Notes: generated by a model not told the origin, from the sequence alone. 64,000 nucleotides of DNA from an uncultured Oscillospiraceae bacterium (GCA_934615645.1 CAKTTR010000001.1:15475-79474); one strand, 5' to 3'. Positions 1-10,349 are shown, counted from the first letter of the stretch. Made by a program: numbers and translations.

Positions 1-102
1 TACTGCCGCCGTGCGCTTTTTCCGGCAGCCAGCGGCGGGACAGAGAAAAAACTTCCGACAATGTATTACAATATGGTTTTTGCCAAAAATGTTTTGAAAC
101 CG

Positions 103-132
103 GCGGCTGCGGGAGGAAATAGCCGCTTTTTT
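103..132 (+). terminator. intrinsic terminator for an upstream off-window + strand gene
   Basis: GCGGCT (103-108) pairs with AGCCGC (121-126), followed by TTTTTT (127-132). Confidence 0.45.
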
Positions 133-432
133 GGAGAAAATCGTTTTTGATTTATGCGCAATCGTAGCTGCACTGCGGACAGTTTCCACGAAAAATGCCG
201 AGAATCCTCTGCCGCGGCGCGAGGGCGGCTCTTTGCAAAAAAGTATGTTTTTATTGATATTTTTATATTCTATTAAAAAATAGGAATGTAAAAATACGAA
301 AGAAATAGAATATTTATAAAAATAATAACGTGGTATTTTTGCGATAAACTAGAAGTTTAAAACATTTATGGGGAATTTTGAAAAATGCGTCTTTTTTGCG
401 AGAAAGTTTGCAAAAAATCGGATGAAAAATGA

Positions 433-461
433 TTGACATTGTATTTTGGGGATGCTATAGT
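433..461 (+). promoter_or_regulatory. sigma-A type promoter of the flavoprotein operon
   Basis: TTGACA 433-438, 17-nt spacer, TATAGT 456-461; sits at the end of a strikingly AT-rich stretch (about 240-430). Confidence 0.6.
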
Positions 462-544
462 TTAAATTATGTAATCTGCGTTTTAAGCTGAGATTATAGC
501 TACGCCAAGCCGCCTCCCGGCGGTGGATTTAAGGAGTGAATGTC

Positions 545-2782
545 ATGTCAGAAATGAAAAAAGGCAGTGATCTTTCTCTGTTGGAGGATGTGCTTCGCCA
601 GCATGAAAAGGATTCTACCAGCCTGATCACGATTCTCCAGGAAGCACAGGCAATTTACGGGTATCTGCCGGAGGACGTGATCTATCATGTCGCCGCGCGG
701 ACAGGCAATAGCCCGGCACGGGTCATGGGTGTCGCGACGTTCTACAGCTACTTCCGCCTGCAGCCGGTGGGCAAGTATTTGATCATGCTCTGTCAGGGCA
801 CGGCATGTCATGTCAACGGGTCAGAGCGCATCCGGACGGCAATCTGCAATGAGCTTGGCATTCAGAGCGGCGAGACGACGGCGGACGGCCTGTTCACCAT
901 CAATGAAGTCGCCTGTCTCGGCTGCTGCTCCATGTCCCCGGTCATGATGATCAACGGCGTGACCTACGGCTCCCTGACGCCGGAGAAGGCCATCGGCATT
1001 CTTCGCGGCCTGCGGGAGCGGGAAAACGGCGGGATGCGTATCCTGGTCGGACAGGGCAGCTGCGGTGTGGCCGCTGGCGCTGGGCGTGTGGCAAAGATCC
1101 TCTCCGGTTTTATGACAGCGACCGACAGCTTCACCGTCGGCAAGACGGGCTGCATCGGCATGTGCTATCTGGAGCCGATCGTCGATATTTATGAAGGCAA
1201 GCAGCTGCTGCACCGGCTCGTCCGGGTGCAGGAGTCGGACTGCGAGGAGATCGTCAAGGCAGTCCGCAGCAAGGATTTCTCCGCGATCTCCCGGCTGATG
1301 ATCAGCGACGAGGACGCCAGCTTCCTGGCCAAGCAGACGCGTATCGCCCTGCGGCACTGCGGTATCCTGGATCCCACCAGCATTGAGGACTACATCGCCA
1401 ACGGCGGCTACCGCGCCATTGATAAAGCGCTGTCGATGTCGCCGGAGGAAGTGATCGAGCAGATCAAGATCTCGGGCTTGGCAGGTCGCGGCGGCGCAGG
1501 CTTCCCGACCTGGTTCAAATGGAATGCCGCCCGCCAGTCTGAGGGCGAGAATAAATTCCTCATCTGCAACGCCGACGAGGGCGACCCCGGCGCGTTTATG
1601 GACCGGGCCGTGATCGAGTCCGATCCCCACAGCCTGATTGAAGGCATGCTCATCGGCGCGTACGCCATCGGCGCCTCCGAAATGATCGTCTATGTCCGCG
1701 CGGAGTACCCGCTGGCCATTGAGCATCTGAACCTGGCCATCCAGGAAGCCAGAGAGCGGGGCCTGCTGGGCAAGAATATTCTGGGCAGCAACTTCAGCTG
1801 CGATATGCGCATCAAGGCCGGTGCAGGCGCGTTCGTCTGCGGCGAGGAGACGGCGCTGATCGAGTCCCTGGAGGGCAAGCGGGGTATGCCGCGGCTCAAG
1901 CCGCCGTTCCCGGCCCAGTGCGGCTTCCTGAATGAGCCGTCCAATATCAATAATGTAGAGACCTTTGCCAATGTGGCCTGGATCATCGAAAACGGCGGCG
2001 AGAAATTCGCGGCCATGGGCACGGAAAACTCCAAGGGCACCAAGGTCTTTGCGCTGACCGGCAAGGTCCGCCGCGGCGGCCTCGTAGAGGTCCCCATGGG
2101 CATGACACTGCGGGATGTCATCTTCGACATCGCCGGCGGCATCAAGAACGACCGTCAGTTTAAGGCAGTCCAGATGGGCGGCCCCTCCGGCGGCTGCATC
2201 CCGGCCTCCCTGCTCGATACGATCATCGACTACAAGGCCCTGGGCGCGACTGGCGCCATCATGGGTTCCGGCGGTATGGTCGTTATGGATGACAGCACCT
2301 GTATGGTCAATATGGCCCGGTTCTTCCTGAACTTCACGGCCAGGGAGTCCTGCGGCAAGTGTACGCCCTGCCGCATCGGTACGACGCGTATTTTGGAGAT
2401 CCTCGACCGTATCTGCCAGGGCGAGGGCAGAGAGGGCGATGTGGAGCTGCTGGAAGAGCTCTGCAAGGGCGTCAAGGATGGCGCGCTGTGCGGCCTGGGC
2501 CAGACGGCCCCGAACCCCGTCCTGACGACGATCCGCTATTTCCGCGACGAGTACGAGGCCCATATCCGCAATAAGAAGTGTCCTGCCCAGGAGTGCACCA
2601 GCCTGCTCTCCTACCGGATCGACCCAGACAAGTGCAAGGGCTGCACCCTGTGCGCCCGGAAGTGCCCGGTGCAGGCGATCCATGGCGAGCCGAAGAAGCC
2701 CCATGCGATCGACCAGAACGCCTGCATCAAGTGCGGCCAGTGCATCACGCTCTGCCGCTTCGGCGCAGTGTCTGTGGACTAA
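545..2782 (+). CDS. NuoE-like [2Fe-2S] + thioredoxin-like [2Fe-2S] + NuoF-like FMN/NADH + 2x[4Fe-4S] fusion flavoprotein (HydC/HydB- or StnA/StnB-like)
   Basis: Motifs CQGTACHVNG..CLGCCSMSP (NuoE type), GLAGRGGAGFPTWFKW and ICNADEGDPGAFMDR (NuoF FMN/NADH), SCGKCTPCRIG (N3 cluster), C-terminal CKGCTLCARKCP..CIKCGQCITLC. AAGGAG RBS lies 8 nt before ATG 545 (ORF track starts at GTG 536). Confidence 0.9.
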   Translation: MSEMKKGSDLSLLEDVLRQHEKDSTSLITILQEAQAIYGYLPEDVIYHVAARTGNSPARVMGVATFYSYFRLQPVGKYLIMLCQGTACHVNGSERIRTAICNELGIQSGETTADGLFTINEVACLGCCSMSPVMMINGVTYGSLTPEKAIGILRGLRERENGGMRILVGQGSCGVAAGAGRVAKILSGFMTATDSFTVGKTGCIGMCYLEPIVDIYEGKQLLHRLVRVQESDCEEIVKAVRSKDFSAISRLMISDEDASFLAKQTRIALRHCGILDPTSIEDYIANGGYRAIDKALSMSPEEVIEQIKISGLAGRGGAGFPTWFKWNAARQSEGENKFLICNADEGDPGAFMDRAVIESDPHSLIEGMLIGAYAIGASEMIVYVRAEYPLAIEHLNLAIQEARERGLLGKNILGSNFSCDMRIKAGAGAFVCGEETALIESLEGKRGMPRLKPPFPAQCGFLNEPSNINNVETFANVAWIIENGGEKFAAMGTENSKGTKVFALTGKVRRGGLVEVPMGMTLRDVIFDIAGGIKNDRQFKAVQMGGPSGGCIPASLLDTIIDYKALGATGAIMGSGGMVVMDDSTCMVNMARFFLNFTARESCGKCTPCRIGTTRILEILDRICQGEGREGDVELLEELCKGVKDGALCGLGQTAPNPVLTTIRYFRDEYEAHIRNKKCPAQECTSLLSYRIDPDKCKGCTLCARKCPVQAIHGEPKKPHAIDQNACIKCGQCITLCRFGAVSVD

Positions 2783-2797
2783 TGGGAGGTGCGTATC

Positions 2798-4825
2798 ATG
2801 GCTGAAATCAAAATTATCATCAATGGCAAAGAATGCACCGGGACTGCCGGGCAGACGATCTTGCAGATCGCCGCGCAGAACGGGATCGAGATTCCCAACC
2901 TGTGTGAAAACGGCCAGCTGAAGCATTACGCCGGCTGCGGCCTGTGCGTCGTCGAGGCGGAGGGCTGCCCGAAGCTGCTGCGCGCCTGTTCCACGATTCC
3001 TAAGGACGGCCAGGTCATTATGACCGATTCGCCCCGGGCGGCGCAGTCGCGGAAGATCACCATGGAACTGCTGATGAGCGACCATGTGGGCGACTGCAAG
3101 GGCCCGTGTATGCTCAACTGCCCCGCTGGGACGGAATGTCAGGCCTATGTCAAGCAGATCGCCCTGGGCAATGACCGGGAAGCCGTGCGGATCATCAAGG
3201 AGAAGATCCCCATGCCCTCCTCCATCGGGCGGGTTTGTCCCCATCCGTGTGAGACGGCTTGCCGCAGAAAGTATGTCGAGCAGCCGATCTCCATCGCATA
3301 TCTGAAATATTTCGCAGCCGACCGCGTCCGCGCGGCTGGCGGCTATCAGCCGGAGGTCAAACCGGCCACGGGCAAAAAAGTCGGCGTCATCGGCGGCGGT
3401 CCTGGTGGCCTGGCAGCGGCTTATTACCTGGCCTGCAAGGGCCACGACGTGACGGTCGTGGACGCCATGCCCAAGATGGGCGGTATGCTGCGCTACGGCA
3501 TTCCGGAATACCGGCTGCCGAAGGCGATCGTGGACGAAGAGATCGCGGAGATCGCCGCGGTCGGCGTCAAGCTGCAGAACAATGTCCGCATCGGCAAGGA
3601 TATTTCCTTTGACGATTTCCGGAAGCAGTACGATGCGACCATCGTTGCCATCGGCGCTTGGAAGAGCACCGGTGTGCGCTGCCCCGGCGAAGAGCTGGAG
3701 GGTGTACTGGGCGGCATCGATTTCCTGCGGGGCGTCGCCATGGGCCAGGCGCCGGAGATCGGCAAGCGGGTCGCCATTGTCGGCGGCGGCAACACGGCCA
3801 TGGATGCCTGCCGGACAGCAGTGCGCCTGGGCGCGGAGAATGTCTATGTCATCTACCGCCGGACAGAAGCAGAAATGCCGGCGGAAGCCATCGAGATCGA
3901 AGAAGCTCGGGAAGAGGGCGTCACCTTCAAATTCCTGACGAACCCCGCTGAGATCCTCGGCGAGAACGGCAAGGTCAAGGCGGTCAAGCTCCAGGTCATG
4001 GAGCTGGGCGAGCCGGATGCCTCCGGCCGCCGTGCGCCGGTGCCGGTAGAAGGCAAATTTGAGATCCTGGATGTGGACAGCGTCATCGCTGCCATCGGCC
4101 AGAAGGTCAACCCTGTGGGTTTCGAGGCCCTGGAGTGCAACAGCCGCGGCATCATCGCTGCCGACGAAGCGACCTACCGTACCAGCGTCGAGGGCGTGTT
4201 CGGCATCGGCGATGCGACGAACAAGGGCGCGTCTATCGCCATTGCCGCCATCGGCGAAGGCGACCGCTGCGCAGAAGTGGTCGACTCCTATTTGAATGGG
4301 AACCTCGTCGGCTATCGTAAGCCGTATGTCTCGGAGCGCCAGGTCAGCGAGAAGGACTTTGCCGATCGGGAGAAGATCGCCCGGATCCAGATGCCGGTCC
4401 GCCCCGCCGAGGAGCGGAAGCATGACTTTAAGGAGATCAACCTGGGCTTTGCCGAGGATGCAGCCCGGGCGGAGGCGAAGCGCTGCCTGGAGTGCGGCTG
4501 CTTCGATTACGGCGAATGCCGCCTGATCAAATTTGCCAACCGCTCCCCCATCGACCCGCAGCGGCTCATGGGCAAGAACCATCCTGCTTATACCGAGCAG
4601 CGCCTGGCGATCATCGAGCGCAACCAGGGCAAGTGCATCCTGTGCAACCAGTGCGTCCGGGTCTGCGACGAGGTCGTCGGTAAGGGCCTGCTGGGCCTGG
4701 TGGGCCGCGGCTTCAACACGGTCATCAAGCCGGAATTCCAGAGCGAAGAGACGATCAAGATCTGTGCGTCCTGCCGCAAGTGTGCAGAAAACTGCCCCAC
4801 CGGCGCGCTGAAGATCCTCGATTAG
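2798..4825 (+). CDS. Fe-S + GltD/NfnB-like FAD/NAD(P)H oxidoreductase subunit (StnC-like)
   Basis: N-terminal 2Fe-2S ferredoxin-like CGLCVVE, His-ligated cluster motif HVGDCKGPCMLNCP, two Rossmann motifs VGVIGGGPGGLAAAYYL and VAIVGGGNTAMD (GltD-like), C-terminal CILCNQCVRVCDE and CASCRKCAENCP. GGGAGG RBS lies 8 nt before ATG 2798. No H-cluster or molybdopterin motifs. Confidence 0.88.
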   Translation: MAEIKIIINGKECTGTAGQTILQIAAQNGIEIPNLCENGQLKHYAGCGLCVVEAEGCPKLLRACSTIPKDGQVIMTDSPRAAQSRKITMELLMSDHVGDCKGPCMLNCPAGTECQAYVKQIALGNDREAVRIIKEKIPMPSSIGRVCPHPCETACRRKYVEQPISIAYLKYFAADRVRAAGGYQPEVKPATGKKVGVIGGGPGGLAAAYYLACKGHDVTVVDAMPKMGGMLRYGIPEYRLPKAIVDEEIAEIAAVGVKLQNNVRIGKDISFDDFRKQYDATIVAIGAWKSTGVRCPGEELEGVLGGIDFLRGVAMGQAPEIGKRVAIVGGGNTAMDACRTAVRLGAENVYVIYRRTEAEMPAEAIEIEEAREEGVTFKFLTNPAEILGENGKVKAVKLQVMELGEPDASGRRAPVPVEGKFEILDVDSVIAAIGQKVNPVGFEALECNSRGIIAADEATYRTSVEGVFGIGDATNKGASIAIAAIGEGDRCAEVVDSYLNGNLVGYRKPYVSERQVSEKDFADREKIARIQMPVRPAEERKHDFKEINLGFAEDAARAEAKRCLECGCFDYGECRLIKFANRSPIDPQRLMGKNHPAYTEQRLAIIERNQGKCILCNQCVRVCDEVVGKGLLGLVGRGFNTVIKPEFQSEETIKICASCRKCAENCPTGALKILD

Positions 4826-4854
4826 GAGATCAAAAACCCTGAAAAATGAATCGT

Positions 4855-4891
4855 AAAAGGCATGGCCGTTCCAAAACGGCCATGCCTTTTC
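4855..4891 (+). terminator. intrinsic terminator after the flavoprotein operon
   Basis: GGCATGGCCGTT / AACGGCCATGCC 12-bp stem, CCAA loop, TTTT tail. Confidence 0.8.
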
Positions 4892-4911
4892 GTCTGTATA
4901 ATCTATAAAAG

Positions 4912-4955
4912 CGGCCATACCGGGCGGAGTACCGGTATGGCCGTCTATTTTTTTG
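4912..4955. terminator. second hairpin terminator between convergent genes (serves hemW and/or backs up the + operon)
   Basis: CGGCCATACCGG / CCGGTATGGCCG 12-bp stem; T-run on + side (TCTATTTTTTT), A-run on the other. Confidence 0.65.
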
Positions 4956-4960
4956 TTGTT

Positions 4961-6172
4961 TTACCGCCGTGCCAGCGGCGTGGAGTGCTCCTGGGCCAGC
5001 AGCAGCTCAGTCAGAATGCTGTTGGAGACGAGCATGCCTTTGGGGGTCAGGTGCCAGCGGGTGTCCTCCTGCTTGGCAAGGCCCATTTCCTTGCATTTTT
5101 GCAAAATCTGGTCCAGCGGGCGGAATGGCAGCAGGAAGCTGCGGACATATTCTTCCGAATCAATGCCCTGCACCGTCCGCAGACGCAGCATCAGGTACTC
5201 CCCGGCCCGCTCGCGGCTGGGGATCTCTTCGCATTCGCTCAGGATCGCGCCGCCGGTCAGGATGCCGTCACAGTAGGCGGCAAGATCCCGGGCGATGGTA
5301 AAGCGCTTGCCGGCGAAATCCGAGGCGGCCGAGGGGCCGAAGCCCAGGTATTCCCCGCCGGTCCAATATTTTAAATTGTGCCGGGAGGCAAAGCCAAGGC
5401 GAGCGAAGTTGGAGATCTCATACTGGTGGAACCCCAACTCATCCAGCTTGTCGCAGGTGTAGAGGTACATATCCGCCTGGGTGTCTCCGTCGGGGATATT
5501 GACGCAGTCCTTATACTCCCAAAGCGGCGTGCCCGGCTCGACCTTCAGGCCGTAGCAGGAGACGTGGTCCGGCTCCAGGTCCATCACGTGGCAGAGCGTC
5601 TGCTGCCACTGGGGCAGCGTCTGGTTGGGCAGGCCGTACATCAGATCGATGGAGAGGTTCTCAAACCCCGCGGCCCGGGCCTGCTCCACGGCGTGGATGG
5701 CCTGGGCGTAGGTATGCGGGCGGCCCAGCTTTTTGAGGACCTCGTCCTCATCGTTCTGGACGCCCAGGCTTATGCGGTTAAACCCCTCGTTGTGCAGCGC
5801 CTGCAGCAGCGCGGGGGAGACACTGTCGGGATTGGCTTCAAAGGTGATCTCCGCGTCCGGCGAGATCTCAAAGCGCCGCTGGAGCTCGTTAAAAATGCGG
5901 ATCAATCCCGCTGCCCCGAAAAAGCTGGGGGTGCCGCCGCCAAAATAGACGGTATCGACAACGTAACCAGCAGCCCGGGCACCGGACTCTTTGAAATGGC
6001 TCGTCAGCGCCTGCAGATACCGGTCTGTCACGGCCTTTTCCCGGCTGCCGCCCAGGGAGTAGAAGTCGCAGTACTGGCATTTGCTGCGGCAGAAGGGGAT
6101 GTGAATATAAATGCCCAATTCCCGCTGGGGCAGGACTTTTTTTTCATATGGCATTTTAAAGTTAAAGGCCAT
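4961..6172 (-). CDS. hemW: radical SAM HemN-like heme chaperone
   Basis: YIHIPFCRSKCQYCDF CxxxCxxC radical-SAM motif, HemN C-terminal domain, classic position immediately downstream of lepA. Confidence 0.9.
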   Translation of the reverse strand: MAFNFKMPYEKKVLPQRELGIYIHIPFCRSKCQYCDFYSLGGSREKAVTDRYLQALTSHFKESGARAAGYVVDTVYFGGGTPSFFGAAGLIRIFNELQRRFEISPDAEITFEANPDSVSPALLQALHNEGFNRISLGVQNDEDEVLKKLGRPHTYAQAIHAVEQARAAGFENLSIDLMYGLPNQTLPQWQQTLCHVMDLEPDHVSCYGLKVEPGTPLWEYKDCVNIPDGDTQADMYLYTCDKLDELGFHQYEISNFARLGFASRHNLKYWTGGEYLGFGPSAASDFAGKRFTIARDLAAYCDGILTGGAILSECEEIPSRERAGEYLMLRLRTVQGIDSEEYVRSFLLPFRPLDQILQKCKEMGLAKQEDTRWHLTPKGMLVSNSILTELLLAQEHSTPLARR

Positions 6173-6204
6173 GCGTTGTTCTTCCTTTCGCGATGGATGT
6201 GGGC

Positions 6205-8019
6205 TTAATCGTCCATTTTCAGCACGGCCATAAAGGCCTCGCTGGGGACGGAGACGGTGCCAAAGCTGCGCATCCGTTTTTTGCCCTCCTTCTGCTTTTC
6301 CAGCAGCTTCTTCTTCCGGGTAACGTCACCGCCGTAGCACTTGGCCAGGACGTCCTTGCGGAGGGCTTTGATGGTCTCTCGGGCGATGATCTTGCCGCCC
6401 ACGGCGGCCTGCACCGGGATCTCAAACATCTGGCGGGGGATGTTCTCCTTCAGCTTTTCGCAGATCTTCCGGGCCCGGGCGTAGGCGCTGTCGGCAAAGA
6501 GGATGAAGGACAGCGCGTCGATGACATCGCCATTGAGCAGAATATCCAGCTTGACCAGCTTGCTGGGCCGGTAGCCGTAGAGCTCATAGTCCAGGGAGCC
6601 ATAGCCCCGGGTGCGGGATTTGAGGGAGTCGAAGAAATCGTAGATGATCTCGTTGAGGGGCATGAGATAGTGCAGCTCAACGCGGCTCTGGTCAAGATAG
6701 GTCATATCCTGGTACTCACCCCGGCGCTGCTGGCACAGCTCCATGATATTGCCGACGTACTCCGGCGGCGTGATGATGCTGGCTTTGACAAACGGCTCCT
6801 GCGCCTCCTGGATCTCCGCCGGATCGGGGTAGTTCAGCGGCGTGTAGACCTTGACGGTCGTGCCGTCGGTCTTCGTTACGCGATAGACGACGTTCGGGGC
6901 TGTCGTGATCAGGTCGAGGTTAAACTCTCGCTCCAGGCGCTCCATGATGATCTCCATATGGAGCAGCCCCAAAAAGCCGCAGCGGAAGCCGAAGCCCAGG
7001 GCGATGGAATTTTCCTGCTCATAGGTCATGGAGGCGTCGTTCAGCTTCAGCTTTTCCAGCGCGTCCCGCAGGTCGTCGTATTTGGAGCCGTCGGCGGGGT
7101 AGACGCCGGAGAAGACCATGGGCTGGACGGTTTTGTAGCCGGGCAGCGCTTCCGCCGCCGGGTTTTCCAGGCCCGTGACGGTATCGCCGACCCGGGTGTC
7201 GGAGATCGTTTTGATGGAAGCGGTCAGATAGCCGACCTCACCGGCACCGAGCTCCGGCGCGGCGATCATGCCCCGGGGGCTGAGATAGCCGACCTCGACG
7301 ATCTTATAGACTGCGCCGGTGCCCATCATCCGAACCTCCATGCCCGGCCGCATCGTGCCGTTCATGACGCGCAGATAGACGACGACGCCCCGGTAGGAGT
7401 CGTACTGGCTGTCAAAGATCAGCGCCTGCAGCGGCGCAGCCGGGTCGCCCTGGGGGGCAGGGACGCCATGCACGATCATTTCCAGCACAGCGTGGATATT
7501 GATCCCATTTTTGGCGGAGATTTCCGGCGCGTCCATGGCGGGGATGCCGATGATATCCTCTACCTCTTGTTTGACCTCCTGGGGCCGGGCAGCGGGCAGG
7601 TCAATCTTGTTGATGACCGGCAGGACCTCCAGGTCGTTGTCGATGGCCAGATACGTGTTGGCCAGCGTCTGGGCCTCGACGCCCTGGGAGGCGTCCACGA
7701 CAAGGACCGCGCCCTCGCAGGCGGTCAGGCTCCGGGAGACCTCATAGTTGAAGTCCACATGGCCCGGCGTGTCGATCAGGTTCAGAATATACGTTTCGCC
7801 ATCGTCTGCCTGGTACTGCAGGCGGACGGCGCGGGCTTTGATCGTGATGCCGCGCTCCCGCTCCAGGTCCATGGAGTCCAGGATTTGGTCCTCCATTTCC
7901 CGCTTGTCAATGGTATTGCACTCCTCCAGCAGGCGGTCCGCTAGGGTGGATTTGCCGTGGTCAATATGGGCAATGATCGAAAAATTTCTGATTTTTGCGC
8001 GATCTGTCAAGTGGTTCAC
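6205..8019 (-). CDS. lepA: translation elongation factor 4
   Basis: [23 protein letters not shown]1 motif, DTPGHVDF, full-length LepA C-terminal domain. GTG start at 8019; TTG at 8010 is an alternative. Confidence 0.95.
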   Translation of the reverse strand: MNHLTDRAKIRNFSIIAHIDHGKSTLADRLLEECNTIDKREMEDQILDSMDLERERGITIKARAVRLQYQADDGETYILNLIDTPGHVDFNYEVSRSLTACEGAVLVVDASQGVEAQTLANTYLAIDNDLEVLPVINKIDLPAARPQEVKQEVEDIIGIPAMDAPEISAKNGINIHAVLEMIVHGVPAPQGDPAAPLQALIFDSQYDSYRGVVVYLRVMNGTMRPGMEVRMMGTGAVYKIVEVGYLSPRGMIAAPELGAGEVGYLTASIKTISDTRVGDTVTGLENPAAEALPGYKTVQPMVFSGVYPADGSKYDDLRDALEKLKLNDASMTYEQENSIALGFGFRCGFLGLLHMEIIMERLEREFNLDLITTAPNVVYRVTKTDGTTVKVYTPLNYPDPAEIQEAQEPFVKASIITPPEYVGNIMELCQQRRGEYQDMTYLDQSRVELHYLMPLNEIIYDFFDSLKSRTRGYGSLDYELYGYRPSKLVKLDILLNGDVIDALSFILFADSAYARARKICEKLKENIPRQMFEIPVQAAVGGKIIARETIKALRKDVLAKCYGGDVTRKKKLLEKQKEGKKRMRSFGTVSVPSEAFMAVLKMDD

Positions 8020-8057
8020 CTCATAGGCGCAAGGCGCGCCGAATTCTTATTTTTTCC

Positions 8058-8086
8058 ATTATACCGGGATTTCCGCCCTTTGTAAA
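8058..8086 (-). promoter_or_regulatory. sigma-A type promoter for lepA-hemW
   Basis: On the - strand TTTACA (8081-8086), 17 nt, TATAAT (8058-8063). Confidence 0.6.
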
Positions 8087-8095
8087 GCGCCTGCG

Positions 8096-9829
8096 TTACA
8101 GATATTGCTGCGTTGCCACGTCAATCACGCCCCGGGTTGTCAGCCGCAGCTGCGGGATGACCGGCAGGGACATGAACGAGAGCGTCATAAACGGGTCGAT
8201 TCCGGTGTTGACGCCCTGGCGGAAGGCGGCGGCCTTCGCTTGCTCCAGCCGCGCGTTGACCTGGGGCAGGCTGCCCTCGCTCATCAGCCCCGCGATCTCC
8301 AGCACGACCTGGCCGGTGATGCGGCCTCCGTCCGCCACGACGATGCCGCCGCCGGATGCGACGACCTGGTTGGCGGCAAAGGCCATATCCGCCTCGTTTG
8401 CGCCGACGACAATGATATTATGGCTGTCGTGGGAGACTGAAGTCGCCACCGCGCCGGATTTCAGGCCGTAGCCCTGCAAATAGCCCAGGCCGATGTGCCC
8501 GGTGCCCTTGTGGCGTTCGATGACGGCGATCTTCAGAATATCCTGCGCGGGGTCGATATGGTCGGCATAGCCGTTGTCTGTCGTGATGATCTCACCGGGA
8601 ACCATGCCGAGCATAGCACGCTGGCGCGGGGTTGCAAAGTCGTCCGCCGTGAGGGGGGCGACGCGGAACGTGTGGTGCGCCTGGGCGACCAGGTGCGGGT
8701 CAATCTGCGGAGGATCGAACGGGGCGACCTGCTGGCCGTCGAACATCAATTTGCCCTTTTTAAAGACCTTCTCCACCTGGAAATCCTGGAAATTATCCAC
8801 GACGACCAGGTCCGCCAGGTAGCCGGGGGCGATGGCGCCCCGGTTATTGAGCAGGAAGTAGCGGGCCGCGTGATGGCAGGCGGCTTTGACAGCAATGATC
8901 GGGTCGACGCCGTAGCGGTTGATGGCCTGGCGGATGATATCGTCGATATGGCCCTTGGAAAGGAGATCATTGGGGTGCCGGTCGTCGCAGCAGAACATGC
9001 AGCGCTCATGGTATTTCCAGTTGAGCAGCGGCGCCAGCGCCTCGAGATTCCGGGCGGCAGTGCCCTCGCGGATCATGATAAACTGGCCCCGCTGGAGCTT
9101 CCGCAGCGCGTCGTCCAGGTCGGCGCACTCGTGGTCGGAGTAGACACCGGCGGCGATATAGGTATCCAGCTCCTTGCCGGTCAGGCCCGGGGCATGGCCG
9201 TCAATCTTTTTATGATGTGCCTGGGCGGCGACGATCTTTTTGATGACCTCCTCATCGCCTCGGATGACGCCGATGTAATTCATCATCTCCGCCAGGCCCT
9301 GGACGCGGGGATAGTCATAGAACATGTCGATGGTCCGGTAGTCCAGCGTCGCCCCGGCTTCGTCCATCGGCGTGGCCGGGACGCAGGAGGGCAGCATAAA
9401 CCGCACATCCACCGGCAGGCCCTCTGTTGCCTGGAGCATATACTCGATACCGTCTGTCCCCATGACGTTGGTGATCTCATGGGGATCTGTGACGACGGTC
9501 GTCGTCCCGTGGGGCAGGACGGCTTTGACAAATTCTGTCGGGGAAACCATGCTGCTCTCCAGGTGGATATGGGCATCCAGAAACCCGGGGCAGACGATCT
9601 TACCAGTGAGGTCCAGCTCCTGCTCCCCGGCATAGTCGCCGATGCCGACGATCAGCCCATTGGCGCAGGCGATATTTGCCGTGCATAGTTCGTTGGAGAA
9701 TACGTTGACATACGTCGCGTTTTTCAGGACCAGATCCGCTTTTTCCCGCCCGGAGGCTGCCTCGATAATCCGGCGCTTGTTTGCAAGCTTTCGATTGATC
9801 TTGCCGACGTAGCTTTCCTGCTGTGCCAT
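8096..9829 (-). CDS. ade: adenine deaminase
   Basis: About 577 aa amidohydrolase with LDAHIHLESS metal motif and Ade-type C-terminal domain. Start moved to MAQQESY (ATG 9829) behind an AAAGGAAAGGG RBS; the ORF-track N-terminal extension looks non-coding. Confidence 0.88.
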   Translation of the reverse strand: MAQQESYVGKINRKLANKRRIIEAASGREKADLVLKNATYVNVFSNELCTANIACANGLIVGIGDYAGEQELDLTGKIVCPGFLDAHIHLESSMVSPTEFVKAVLPHGTTTVVTDPHEITNVMGTDGIEYMLQATEGLPVDVRFMLPSCVPATPMDEAGATLDYRTIDMFYDYPRVQGLAEMMNYIGVIRGDEEVIKKIVAAQAHHKKIDGHAPGLTGKELDTYIAAGVYSDHECADLDDALRKLQRGQFIMIREGTAARNLEALAPLLNWKYHERCMFCCDDRHPNDLLSKGHIDDIIRQAINRYGVDPIIAVKAACHHAARYFLLNNRGAIAPGYLADLVVVDNFQDFQVEKVFKKGKLMFDGQQVAPFDPPQIDPHLVAQAHHTFRVAPLTADDFATPRQRAMLGMVPGEIITTDNGYADHIDPAQDILKIAVIERHKGTGHIGLGYLQGYGLKSGAVATSVSHDSHNIIVVGANEADMAFAANQVVASGGGIVVADGGRITGQVVLEIAGLMSEGSLPQVNARLEQAKAAAFRQGVNTGIDPFMTLSFMSLPVIPQLRLTTRGVIDVATQQYL

Positions 9830-10349
9830 AAAAAATGCCGCCCTTTCCTTTGTAGTTTGATGGCTCGATTTTACCATAGCTTCGTGAATTTGTCCAATCG
9901 AAAACGGGAATTTTCTTGTTTTGACGTAAAAATAACCGAGAAAGGGGTTGACAATATAGTTGGTATATGCAGTACACTGCAGATAGAAGCCAAGCAAAGC
10001 GGAAAACGGCGAATCAGAGCGGCGCATAAATGGGAGGCGCTGCCGAGGCTGCCGTACCGGTGGGGCAGCACCCCTGGTTCCGCTTTGGCCTGCAAAGGCA
10101 CGGAGACTTTGGCGGCGGGTGAGAGCGCATGTCAGACGCGCGGATCATGTTTGTTCTTCCTGGACATTGCACTTTTTGTGCAATGCGATTGGCAGCTTAT
10201 GACAGGCTTGCTTCCTGTGTTCTCCCAACCTCCTTTGGCGGCGATGCCGCCTGCGGCCCGGTTTCCCGCTCACACCGGGCTGCCGCACCGGTCCACTGGA
10301 TGCCCGAATAGGGGCGGGCGACCGGTCAGGCCGGTGCTTCTCCGCATCT

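Noticed and set aside
2798-4825. Interpretation as an [FeFe]-hydrogenase or formate dehydrogenase large subunit
   Set aside because: It has only the N-terminal Fe-S domains shared with HydA/NuoG. There is no H-cluster domain and no molybdopterin-binding domain. Two GltD-type dinucleotide-binding motifs are present instead.
821-4918. 1365-aa ORF on the - strand spanning both flavoprotein genes
   Set aside because: It is an antisense shadow ORF, typical of GC-rich DNA. Its composition is Ala/Arg/Gly/Leu/Asp-rich with no motifs. It fully overlaps two + strand genes that have dense cofactor-binding motifs, RBSs, a promoter and terminators.
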